Shown here piece after piece: positions 22,078 to 33,900 of a stretch of DNA of 64,000 nt. Every line of letters begins with the position of its first letter. The stretch's first letter is position 1. The notes under the pieces are model-generated. The model saw only the letters and a program-made list of their open reading frames with translations, did not search any database and had not been told where the DNA came from. The translations under genes were made by a program, and so were the position numbers. Location of the stretch: contig NC_092674.1 in NCBI RefSeq assembly GCF_964355755.1, forward strand, positions 27,466,001 through 27,530,000, in the 5' to 3' direction. This DNA is from Antedon mediterranea (lineage: Eukaryota > Animalia > Echinodermata).

Positions 22078-25000
22078 ATGGGTCAATCTCTACGACGCAT
22101 GAACAGAAACCAGTCCCCAAATGGTGTCAACAAATATAAAAGATTGAAACGGAATTTCCCACTTTCAAACCTCAAGGAAACATTTCCAGACCTTTCGGAG
22201 CTGCCGCCAGAGATCGGCCTTGCAGTGCTATCAAACCTAAATGCAACTGATCTTTGCCTTGCTGCCTGTGTGAATGAATTTTGGCAGGAACTAGCCAACG
22301 ATCAGCTGTTATGGCAAGGGTAAGATACTTATGGGCAGTGGCAGATCCAAGATTTGAAATAGGGATTGGAGGGCCTCAGTCGTTTGTAAATATTCAAAAA
22401 TGAAGTGCTATAAATCTACAGAAACCTAAAGCTCTGTCTACACCATCAAACTTTATGTGACAAAAAAATGTGATGTACCCATGATGTTTGAGAACATCAC
22501 ACTTGTTTGATAGTGTAGACAGAGCTATTATTTGCATTTTAACCCTCTTGGATTACGTCAAAAAATAGCATCACACTGCACAAATCTATCATAACAATGC
22601 TTTCAGTAAATATATTTCATTAAAGATAAAACCTAAAAACATGACAAATGAAGATTAATAAAATCAAACTTAAATAGGCCATTTTGTAGTTTTAACCAAG
22701 TCAATCACTTCTGTAGAAGTTGTTCACTTGTAGCTGGCTATTTTGTCTGTTTGTTCCCCTAAAGTTTTTTTTACAGGTAAATAATTTAATAATAAATCCA
22801 ATTTTTGGTCAAAGTGAATAACTATTATGTGACATTAAACTATTTACCAATATACTTCTGTTTCTGTAAAAGATTAAATATTGTAGATACAGTAGACGAT
22901 AATTTGTTAAATAGATGATTATTACATGACTATGAGTCTATTGTTTCCAGCAAACAACATCATAGATGAAAGAGTATGAACAGATGAGTAAAATTGTTGA
23001 AATGAAATAATTTAAAAACTAAACCTTTTTATTTTTGTAGACTGTGCCGTGCTACATGGGGCTGCGTTAGTGCTTATGAGCAAGATCGTACAGATGAGCC
23101 TGGGTTCTCGTGGAAAGGACTTTACTTGCAACTAGATGAAGCCAGTTTATCATTTTCTGCAGATGCACAACTAGTAAGCATATTGACTTAATCTCTGTCT
23201 ACACTATCAAACTTTATGTGACAAAAAAATGAAATGTGCACATATCACTACCATATTTGGGTATATCACTACCATATTTGGGTATATCACTACCATATTT
23301 GCGTATATCACACTACAGTAGTTTGATAGTGTACAGTAGACAGAGCTTTAGAAGTAGTAATGTTACCACTAACTATTATAATGTTACAAATAGTAACAAA
23401 CCTAAGTTTGTATACCTGCCAGAGTCAAAGAGGATTGCCTTGTAATCAGTGTACAAGACCTTCCAAGTCTCCCGGAGTCTTGGTAGGCATCGCAGGTGTT
23501 TCCCAACATCACAAAAAAAAAATATCCCAATTGTTTCTAAATTTACCTGTTGAGCTTTACCACTATGAAACACCGGTTCTCGTCAGATCATCGAAGTTAA
23601 GAGACGTTGGGCCTGGTTAGAGCTTGGATGGGAGACCATCTGGGAATACCAGGTGCTGTATATGGAGCTGGAGTCCCATTAGGCATTTTAAATCAGCATT
23701 GCTGACCCTTATGGCAGCCCCTGCATCTAGTATCTGTCTGGATGAGAGAAGCGCTTGATCAATGTTAGGACCAATCAAAGTGCTCTCTTTGTATCAAACA
23801 TGTTAGTGGCGGTAATTATCGCTGTTGGTTTCGATTAAAGGTTTAAAATAAAGGCAAAAACTGTGTTTGTGATGTTTTTTAACTAAAAAAATGCTGATAT
23901 CTATGATTGTTAATATAGCGCCCTCTATGCTTAATGTATGAAAACAAAGATCTTAGATCAAAATATATTGATAGCACTCTCTATGGTTTGGCTATGCTTT
24001 TGTAACTGTTCCTTTCTCTGTTTCTCCTTCCCACATTTTCTTTTTTTCTATATTACAATATTTTAATGTATGTACTAACAATAACCACGTTTGTATTTAG
24101 GGTTTAGATTATTTATTTCGACACAACCTTGTTGACAACAACCCCTTGGCAATCGCTCAATTTATTCATACTACAAATACCTTACACCATTGGCAAGTTC
24201 GTAAGTTCCTCCAAAAAAGGTAAGGTTTGTTTTTACCTAGTTCTGGTGGTGGAACAAGTCTTCTCGGATAAGGACTATAATATAAACCGTAGGTCCAATG
24301 TACACAGTTATGTCCACTTTCAAGAACCTAGTCTGTTATTCAAGACGAGTAGGGGTTACCCCGGTGAACTGGTTCACAAAATAGTCCCTGTATCAGGGGG
24401 ATTAATACCTACAGTATCTGATATGACAGTGGTTTATTTACTCTTGGTAATTTTTGGCCACATGTGCCTAAAGACATAACAATAAAATCATTTGAAATAT
24501 ATTTGTTTTTTTCAGGAGTGATGTTTTAGAAGAACTAGTGGGCCTTGATAACTATGCAAACCATTTTCTACCGAATGCATTGCGCACATTTTTTTCTCAT
24601 GTGGAAACTCCCAACGAAAGAGGCCCTTATCTTCAGACGTTGATTGAAATGTTTGCAAAGAAGTTTATTAGCTGCAATAAAGATTGCAAGCTAACTGTTG
24701 GTAAGTGTAATGCATAGGTTGTGAGGTGTTTTCCTGAATGATCGCATGATTGAAACGGTACTGGGTATTTTCAACTAGCGTTCATGTTCCCAACTAATCA
24801 TCCATGATGAAGAAGTCTGTAACTATAGAATGGACCAGAGACCTGACTTTCTTTGACGTTTAAATTATAGGAGTTTTGAATTATTTTTTAGTTGTCACCC
24901 TCTATGATACAATGAACAACTTTTTCTAGACTTAAGTAAAAAGAATGCTTGAATATTTGTAATTTATGTTGATTATCCTACCCAAACTTTATTATTACTT

Positions 25001-25358
25001 TTCTCGAAATGTATTATAAATATGATTATTTAAATTTTGAAATAAGGAATTAGGTAAACCCAAGCTTCATATATTTGTTATAATATGGTACATTCTTTTT
25101 TTTTAAAAAAACAAAAACTTAAAAATACACAAATTTAATATTTGTTTCGTTTCTTTTTTTACAGAAACAATTTCTGTTCTGTGTTATTCGCTGATATTGC
25201 TGTCAGTCGACCTTACCAGTCCGAAGGTGAAAAACAAGATGTCAAAACGGGAGTTTATTCGCAATCTTCGTCAAGCTACGCAGATTGACGACGAATTTTC
25301 AGGTCACCTCTACGACAACATTTACTTAGTGGGGCACATTGCTCCACAAAAGTGGTGA
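22078..25358 (+). CDS. FBXO8: F-box only protein 8 (F-box plus Sec7-like domain)
   Basis: Exons 22078-22319, 23041-23173, 24101-24219, 24516-24700, 25165-25358, all GT-AG and phase-compatible. Protein MGQSLRR..DLSELPPEIGLAVLSNLNATDLCLAACV..LLWQGLCRATWG..LYLQLDEASLSF..FLPNALRTFF..VLCYSLILLSVDLTSPKVKNKMSKREFIRN..GHLYDNIYLVGHIA matches FBXO8 throughout. Confidence 0.95.
22430..22526. mobile_element. MITE family A copy (internally deleted)
   Basis: Both TIRs present. Confidence 0.8.
23191..23347. mobile_element. MITE family A copy with internal tandem expansion
   Basis: TIRs with TTA/TTA flanks; internal ATATCACTACCATATTTGGGT repeated three times. Confidence 0.8.
23547..23852 (+). mobile_element. 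5S rRNA-derived sequence with attached ~190-bp body (probable SINE3-type element; otherwise a 5S pseudogene)
   Basis: 23558-23660 TACCACTATGAAACACCGGTTCTCGTCAGATCATCGAAGTTAAGAGACGTTGGGCCTGGTTAGAGCTTGGATGGGAGACCATCTGGGAATACCAGGTGCTGTA is colinear with animal 5S rRNA with several substitutions; no oligo-T terminator directly after; body ends in an A-rich tract. Confidence 0.75.
24240..24488 (+). mobile_element. 5'-truncated Deu-domain SINE filling most of an FBXO8 intron
   Basis: 24240-24366 aligns with 682-810 (GTTCTGGTGGT..GTCTTCTC(A/G)GATAAG..CCGTAGGTCCA..AAGAACCTAGT..AGACGAGTA..GGGGTTACCCCGGTG); the 3' tail differs. Confidence 0.7.
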
Positions 25359-25764
25359 ATATCTCACTCTAAAAATGTCCTACCGATTATGATGGTCATT
25401 ATTTCGATCAAATTTTGCATTTTTTAAATACTTTTTGCACATAATTGATTGTGAAATTATAATAATCTGATAGGTTTTACATAGATGCATAGAATTTGTG
25501 TGAAAATTATAAAGTACAGTGTAAATATTATATTCAATATATTTATGAAGAAATTTTATATTATGTTGAACAAGGTATCAATGAAAACACAAAAATAATA
25601 AAATCTTAATTGTATTCAAAATCAAACACCTTTACGCTTTCTATTTTTCAACTAAGTGATGAATCAAAGTAAATATCCAAAAATATTTAATTTAAAGTTT
25701 AAATTTTAAAATTATTTGTACGTTTGTGTGTGAATATCCACAAACCTGTAGTTGATTAATATAA

Positions 25765-25912
25765 AGCTCTGTTTACACTATCAAATTAGTTTGACAAAAA
25801 AAGGTGTGATCTGCCCAAATATGGTAGCGATATGACATCATAGTGTCCATATGTATGTGGATACATCACATTTTTTTGTCACATACAGTTTGATAATAGT
25901 GTAAACAGACCT
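25765..25912. mobile_element. MITE family A copy
   Basis: AGCTCTGTTTACACTATCAAA..AGTGTAAACAGACCT. Confidence 0.75.
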
Positions 25913-26188
25913 TGAAGATAGTCTACTACACTCTCTATTTTATAACATTTACACATTCTTATTATGAATAAGGCGTACAGATAGCCTAGATACTATTTAT
26001 ATCAGATGTTTACTGTAGTTACAGCACTATCGATAACGAATTGTGTGAATGTACAGGTACACATAATATAATGTTTAGTATTATTTATTAGTGTAAGAAA
26101 GTAGGCCTAAATAAAAACATTGATTCAAAATTGGTTGAAATAAACTCGCATCTAAGCTTTGAATTCCGGATGAAAAATCCTTATATAA

Positions 26189-26317
26189 AGCTCTGTCTAC
26201 ACTATCAAACTTTATGTGACAAAAAATGTGATATTATATATCCCATATTTGGGAATATCATTACCATATTTCGGCACATCACACTTTTTTGTCGAACTAG
26301 AAAGTGTAGACAAAGCT
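26189..26317. mobile_element. MITE family A copy
   Basis: AGCTCTGTCTACAC..GTGTAGACAAAGCT, TAA/TTA flanks. Confidence 0.8.
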
Positions 26318-26672
26318 TTAGAAACTGTTCTTCAGCAGTTACATTATAACGATGTGTTGACGCGCACGTACTGTTTTTATCAGAGTTTGAACGCGCGCGT
26401 TATATATTTGTGATCCTTTATAAATAGAACTGATAACAAAAATTCTGATTTTGTTGTCTTAGGTTATTACGAAAAGTTGTTTTTTATTTTTATATTTATT
26501 TTCAGAAATTGTGTATATTGATTATAGGAAATATCTATAAACAAAAATAATAGTACTGTACTTTAAAAGTGTGTTATATGAACTTTGATAATAAGAATAC
26601 CTTTACCATTTGCTATTGTAAAGTGAACCTAACTTATTATAATTATTTTAGACCTTCACTATTAAGACCATT

Positions 26673-26817
26673 GGAACGCAACGCAAGGACGTACGTACGC
26701 CCAGCACAAGCTATTGTTGACCAATGACAAGCGACAGATAAAATAATCCATCTCTTGTGATTGGTCAAATTACTTGCGTTACGATTACATCCTTGCGTCG
26801 TAAGTGGGAACCACGCC
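26673..26817. mobile_element. MITE family B partial copy
   Basis: AACGCAACGCAAGGACGTA..TTGACCAATGACAAGCGA..GTGGGAACCACGC; homologous to 45430-45608. Confidence 0.7.
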
Positions 26818-28242
26818 TTTGTTCGGCACAATAGTGCATTAAAATATACCAAGTTATATAAGCCATTTTTAAAGTTTTATATCGTGGTAAATTACAATGG
26901 TGTGTTATATGCCTATTTCATTTAAGGAACGAAAAATTGGTTCGTATTAATGTAATATTTCTTTTTTTATTATTCTGAAAGTGATAACAGTTTTTATTAA
27001 TGTAAATGTGTTTGTTTTATGCAATATATGTTTAATATCAGCAAAATGTGCCAAATTTTAATTAATTGTTAAGCATTTCTTCAGTATTACTTTAAATATG
27101 GTTCTTCTTTGCGCCTCGTAGTTTCATTACAGCTCTCATAACAATCTTTTAACATTCTGTGGATCATTCACACTTTCTGTTTTTATCACTGTTTTGTTGT
27201 TTTTATTTTAAATAATCCCTTCTTGGTGGAAAGGAAGGCCTACTGTTTGCCTGCTCTCCAAAAAAAATATATAATAAATGCATGAATTGTTTATTTAGGC
27301 CTAAAATTGTTAAGTTGCTCTAGCATGAAACTTCGGGATTTTATTTCTTAAGAATACAATCTTAGATTTTCTTACGTCATAGTAAAAAAACATTGTTATA
27401 CTTCTCTTATATAATTAATTTTACACAATTTCTTTTGCATGTACCGATCGCTATGTGAGCTTGTCGAATTCTCAATGCCTTCGTTTGTATGAAAGAACTA
27501 TATTGTAGGTAAATATGATAGCAGGGAAGAGTGAACTTACACTCTTCCCTGGTAAATGGGCTGGTAAATAGCAAGTATATATATTATATATGATGATGCA
27601 ATATACATATAAAATAATATTACGAATAATGTAGTAAATTTATTAGTCGTTGTGTGTAATGTTATTTTGTAGGCCTGAAAATAACCACAGGATATAGGCT
27701 ATAACCAAAAACCCCAAACAACAGGTTTTGTTTTAGTTTCAGTCTATTCAAATAGTACAATTGGCACCTGTGGGAAGCCATAGCATGCAATTCTACGTAA
27801 ATGTATTATTAATTTGGAAAAACTACAAACAAGAACCATAATATTGTTGTCCCTCTGAATTTGTAAAAATATTTTGAACCATAATGGATGAACCATAATT
27901 TTTAGGGATAACAAATGTTGTGTTTAATTATGCAATTTTTCAAAATGTTTAAAAAATTGAATTTGGAAAAAAAATCTTTACCTGAACTAAAAAAAAACCT
28001 AATTTAGAAAAGAAATAGTCAACCGGAAGCTCATTCTGTCAGACATTGATGGTTTTTGGTCAAATTGTGGCCTATTCAAAGTTTTATTTATTTTTATTTT
28101 TCATGATTTGTGGGCAATTCTTAACATACATTTTATCGTTAACATTACCTTACATGCCATAAACAACGAGTTTGTTTGTAATTGTCTCTATTAACGAAAT
28201 AAGAGCACATGGAGTGTAAGATTAAAAAATTCAAAACGGAAA

Positions 28243-28480
28243 CATCCACCGTGGGGTAAATACTCCGCCGTGGGGTAATTTCATCCACCGTGTGGTAATT
28301 ACATTCACCGTGGGGTAATTGCATCCACCGTGGGATAGGCTACCATCCACCGTGGGGTAGGCTACCATCCACCGTGGGGTAGGCTACCATCCACCGTGGG
28401 GTAAATACATTCACCGTGCGGTAATTTCATCCACCGTGTAGTAACAACATCCATCCTGGGATATCCACAACGGGGTAACA
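28243..28480. repeat. Minisatellite, 20-22-bp unit CATCCACCGTGGGGTAA, ~11 copies
   Basis: Directly visible tandem units. Confidence 0.9.
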
Positions 28481-30300
28481 CTACATATATTTAAGTGCTG
28501 GACAAATTATAGATACAGTATACAGTACACAGAGAGAACCGTCTTATATTAAGGTATGGTATCTTCTTTGTCTTCTTGTGGCTTCTACTGCTGCTTCAGT
28601 GCTTACCTCATTCACACGTGCCTGTATAATTCAATTACAAATCAAACCGCACATTCGATGTGATACAAATAGTGTCAATATCAATTCTAATTTGTGTTAA
28701 TCATTTGCTATATGTTTCGTTTTCTTTTTATCGGTGGTAGCGTCTTTTTTTATTGTTTTCCCTAAAGTACAGGTAAATTGTATCTATAAGCTGACATAAT
28801 ATAGTGATAAATGTGGACACGAGGTTGTACTTGTTACATTCCTAAATTAATACTAATCGGTCCGTTTGAACGGTCAAACACATGGTGGTCCAGTGAAACA
28901 AATGTAGGTCTGAAGGTCAGCGAGCCTTCTTCCTGATACACATCATCGTTTTAAGGGGTACCACATCATTTTTAAACAATCCTTGTGTAAACTTTGCGGT
29001 GTTAAACGCTCGTCAAATGAGCGGACATTTTAACACGATGATAAGGAGAGCGGAGATCATAGAATTCCCGCTAGACAGTAAGTCAGCAATCTTAAATTGA
29101 TGTGTTTATTGAAAACGTTACTTTTCTTTCTTTTAGTAAAACAAGTTTGTCTTGTAAAACTATTTGTACAAAATTGTTGACATTACTTAAGTAGCTAGGT
29201 ACATGCCGAGGTACTGAGTAACCATGCCATTAAGTAGTGTCCATCAGCGAGCTTAAGTATTTATAATGTTTTATGAAAGTTACACAAATAAAAAGATAAC
29301 CTATCACAAAAGTTCAAACAAAACTCAAAGTAATTTGACATAATGAAATAATCATTTGGACACATTAATTAAAACTTTTTATTGTAAGTAAAAATTTGAA
29401 AAGGTACCAAATTATAAAGTAAAGTAGGCCTTGGAATTGGATTGTGTGTTTTTTTTAAAACTACAGCAATCACGGAATCGTGTTAACAATCTCGACAAAT
29501 TGGAAACAATCAAGGCTAAACCAGGGAAATCTAACTACTACTTGGCTAAATGTTCTTTACTTTTTAATGATATAATGTCTTTATCGACAAAAACAATTGT
29601 CAAGGATTCCCCATTACGTATTTAAAAAGTTAGTTTTGTCTTTGATTTGAGGAGTGTGGGCGTCCCACAGGCTGTAATTACGCCGTATCATTCAACACTC
29701 TGTATGATTTCATGACCGTTTTAACTTTTCCCCTTTAATACCCTACGTTTTTATTTTATTGGTTCCTGGTAGTCAAGTAGCCTATAACTGTTAATTAAGT
29801 GCCTTATTTAACTTCCTTTAGAGATAATCGTCAATTAACCAACAATGGGAAAGTAATTGGGATAGTTTTTGAAAGATTTTCGTTGGACAAAACTGACAAT
29901 CAATATTTTTATGTTTATACTTTAAAAGATACGTTTTTTCTTTGGTCAATATAATTACGGTAAAATTATAAACCTTTAAACGTAATTTAGGAAAGAAATA
30001 AACGCTTCGATTATGTACTGATGGTACGGTTTCAATTCACGGATCCAGTAGTTATTTGTTTTTTAAATCTTCAATTAAAAATCGAGATAGGAAACAATGT
30101 TTATGGTCATTTCAATCGAATGATCATGTCTACGATTCCAGTCGTTCTTTACACACCAAACTTGTCTATCACAATTATCCGATTTCTTGAACTATTTCAT
30201 TTTTAGTTATTAAAACAAATAAAAATAAATTAAAATACAGGCACAAAATAAATTCTAAACCGCCCGGTGATATACTGAAATTTAGTTAATACATTTGGAC

Positions 30301-30433
30301 CGATAAAGATGAGAAAATCTGTGAGAGTGAGAAAAAAAATCGCCCCAGCCGAGCGTATCAAGTCGAAGGTTCCTGGTTTGAATTTTGGTTGGCGTGACTT
30401 TTTCTCATTTCACAGATTTCCTCATCTTTATCG
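30301..30433. mobile_element. Palindromic element with ~50-bp inverted arms containing a tRNA-3'-half-like sequence
   Basis: CGATAAAGATGAGAAAATCTGTGAGAGTGAGAAAAAAAATCGCCCCAGCCGA pairs with TTGGTTGGCGTGACTTTTTCTCATTTCACAGATTTCCTCATCTTTATCG; loop has the B-box-like GGTTTGAAT. Confidence 0.65.
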
Positions 30434-30836
30434 TTTCAAAATAAATTAAAATCATAACAGTATAAATTATGCACATTAAGAGAGAAAAGACACGGACCTA
30501 ACCTTTTTTTATTTAGTCTGAGAGAAATGATAGGCCTTTGGAAATTGTTTTGGTCTATCTATGAATCCGAATGGGAATGTGGGTAAACGTTTCCCTCCGG
30601 ATTGCCATTAATATCCAGATTCCAGGTAAATGTATTAATATCTATTGTTTTTGTCTTCGTCAATAAATTTTGCTGATTCTTGACCTCGATTTGAACTTTT
30701 TGTCACAACCACAAGATACGTAGGATGATTTAATTATTGCGTTTAATTATGACTTGTTTGACGCATGTATTACGTTGTATACATACAACTGGCTAATATA
30801 AAATTGGAGAGAACTAAAAAAAAACAAACAAATTAT

Positions 30837-30988
30837 TAGAAGATAATTTTTCTTTTTTGTTGATTTAACTTTATACAACACCGTTTCGCAAAAATTCAGT
30901 TTGCTTTCTCAAGTAGACTGTCGGTTACAGTCTGGTCACTACGTCACATCGATGTTTTTGATCAACAAAAAAGAAAAAATCTCTTCTA
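30837..30988 (-). mobile_element. Probable Penelope-like pLTR remnant with inverted ends and a variant hammerhead motif
   Basis: 28-bp inverted ends (30837-30864, 30961-30988). Minus strand reads TAC-TTGAGAA-A-GCAAA-CTGAATT-TTTGC-GAAAC-GGT-GTT-GTA. Confidence 0.5.
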
Positions 30989-33900
30989 TATTATGATCCA
31001 AATGAAATTATTTCAAGATTTTTGAAGAAGAAAATGGAATCAACAAAAGTAAATAAACCTTCCTACATCTTTTTATTAAGTCGTAATTATTTCATCTAAT
31101 TTCATATTGTTATAATAAATACATTATTAACAACAGTTCAAAATTAATTTTCCATATGTTTATAAAAAATCCTGCTTTAGATTTACGAAAGAAATACTGT
31201 TAGCCTATAATCACCAAAAATATTTTCAAAATATCAACCAGCGTTAAGTCATTAATTACGCTTCCTCATTGACATTTTGTCAACGACATTATTAAATATA
31301 ATAATAATATTTTTAAGAGATCCTTCTGATTTGTAATATTCTTTTTTGTCTTTTTATAAGCGTTGGAAAATAATGACATATTAAAAAAATTTCAGTCAAA
31401 TGCTTGTTTGTGTAGTAACTGTCTTATGAAAGGATTACAAAATTTTACATTTATTGGTTTAAAATAAGCAGGGTATTGACCATTTTATAACTATCGTACT
31501 TTTCAGCAACTAAATTTAATGAATTTTGGACTTTCACCTTTTGGAATTAGTCACGGACTTTGTGTCTAGAAAGATCACTCATGAGTTATCTGTTATGATT
31601 TCATCTTTAAAATAAATCGGGTTTATTTCTATTAAATTCTAAGCGAAGATGAGAGAGTTGGAAGCCACTTTTTGAAAGCAACACTGGTAACGTGTTTAGT
31701 GTCAATTGTCTCCGCAATTTAACCCAATGCGTAGCGTCCGTGCCGATGTTTGACATGGCTCGTGTCCCCTACCCCACGCCATCAACTCGAGGTGTTTACT
31801 GACAAACTTCCGAACTCTTTCTTGTGATCATTTGCTACTTGACAACGTGCGCAGAGGACAGAAGACAGACACGAAACAAAACAGATCACTCAAAATGATT
31901 TGCATCTTGTCCAGCCATTGCTGTAACTGATGACGTAACGGGGAAGTATTTAATATTAACTTTTGTATCTTCGTCATGGCCGAATCAAAATGATTAACTA
32001 ATTCTAAATATTTTATATGTATACGTTTTTAAAATGCTATTCAATTAAAACAAATACGGTAGTAACAATAAAGCCTTCTGTTTATAATAATTCTAGATTT
32101 AAAATATAATAAATTTCTCATCATCCAAGCTCAGTATCCGTTATGCCCTCGGAAAATCCGGCCTTGGAATTAATAGTTTTATAGATGAAGACAGTCAAAA
32201 TCAAACATACACATGTAGGCCTATGTAGGAAGTCAAATTTCCTGATTCTCGCACAGTGTCTCCTGGGACACCACGTGATCAAAACCCAAAATCTTTAATA
32301 CCCCCTGTTTTGCTAGAAATCTAGAAATCATACAATGAAATAATGTACACGATTAAAGGAGGCCTATAGAAGGCTTCATATGGTATTTCTGTTATTTACT
32401 CAAACATAAACGATCTCATTTCTGTTGATCATATTATTATTATGTACCCTTTCCCCAGGGTGTCGGGATTCACTATCTGTTTGTGCGGGGGGTCGGGCAG
32501 ATCTGTCCCTTAAGATGCGGCATAGTTCCTCTTGGCGCATCGAATTCCTCTTCTACCTTCGTTTTCAATATTATATGATACTTCAGCCGTGTGACCTCCT
32601 TTTCGTCAGCGGCGTGTCTAATAGATTATAAATAAACTAATTAGCTATAGAAACATTACCGTCTTTATATCTTGTTGATGTCTGTCATAATTTAACACGT
32701 CATAGTTGAAATAAATATTCAAGTCGCAATAAATATCCAAGTGTAAACACATTTTTTTAATGAATATTAATCGTTTTATTCGATTATTAATAAAAATGTG
32801 TTTTATCCTCTTTTTAATTGAATCGAAACAAAGGACTGAATTACAAAAGGTCCTTCAAGACAAAATAATAGAATTATTATATAAATATATATTATTTTAA
32901 ATACTAATTAATATGCATATGTAATTAAATAAGTTAATTATAATATAACATTTTATTTTATAGTACTTTATATCCAAATTAAAATATAAATTTCGATTTA
33001 GATTTAAATGTTTCATATTACAAACGTTTAATTGTTCAATTGAATAAAAAAAAACTTCTAATATTAGGATAAAGTTAACAGAACATTTAATACATTAATG
33101 AATAGAATTGTGTGAGGTGGACATTTATGAATTTCAATGTGTATTATAGGCCTCTAAATTACGAGATCAAGTCGCCCCATACAAAGTCACCCCTTACAAA
33201 TTCGGCAAATACAAATTCTCCCCATCGCAAAGGCTACATTATTATAGTAAGAATAGAGATTAGATTTTTTTAGGAAATGTAGGTCTTAAATCTTGTTATC
33301 TTACTACTAATCTTAAAATAGACCATAAAGGTGGCTGACCGGGGGTGAGTGCAATTATAGTCAAAGCCTATGTATAATCAATTAACTAGGTATTTACCAG
33401 AAATAAATCAGGGTTTAAATGTCCTGTGAACAAAGGGTTGAAAGTGACTCCGTTCGTTGGCCACACTGACTTACGCTACAATAACCGAATGATGCCGATT
33501 CACACGGGGTTCAAACAGTGTTACCTTGTAATTAAATTACAGGAACATCGTCAAATTAACTATCTGTTTAGTAACTTACTAATTAATAAATACAACTTGT
33601 TTTAGTTTGTTTAGATACATGATTTACAGTGCACTGTAATGCAAAGCAGTTATCATCGTAAATTATGTAACACAAAATGAACATGATTATTATTTTAATG
33701 TAATGTAAACCAGTTATAAATTAATGATATTTTGTTTCAAATTTTGCGATTATTATCTCAAAATTGAGATAAAACTAAATTTCTTAAAAAATATTACTTT
33801 ATGTCGCATTGTGAACTTTCGAATGCATCTGCTTGATGATCATCATAATATTATTGTTTTTTTAAATGTTGTTATCATTAATATTTTACTAATGAATATT

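Noticed and set aside
23547-23660. Functional 5S rRNA gene
   Set aside because: Degenerate 5' end, several substitutions, no oligo-T terminator, single intronic copy.
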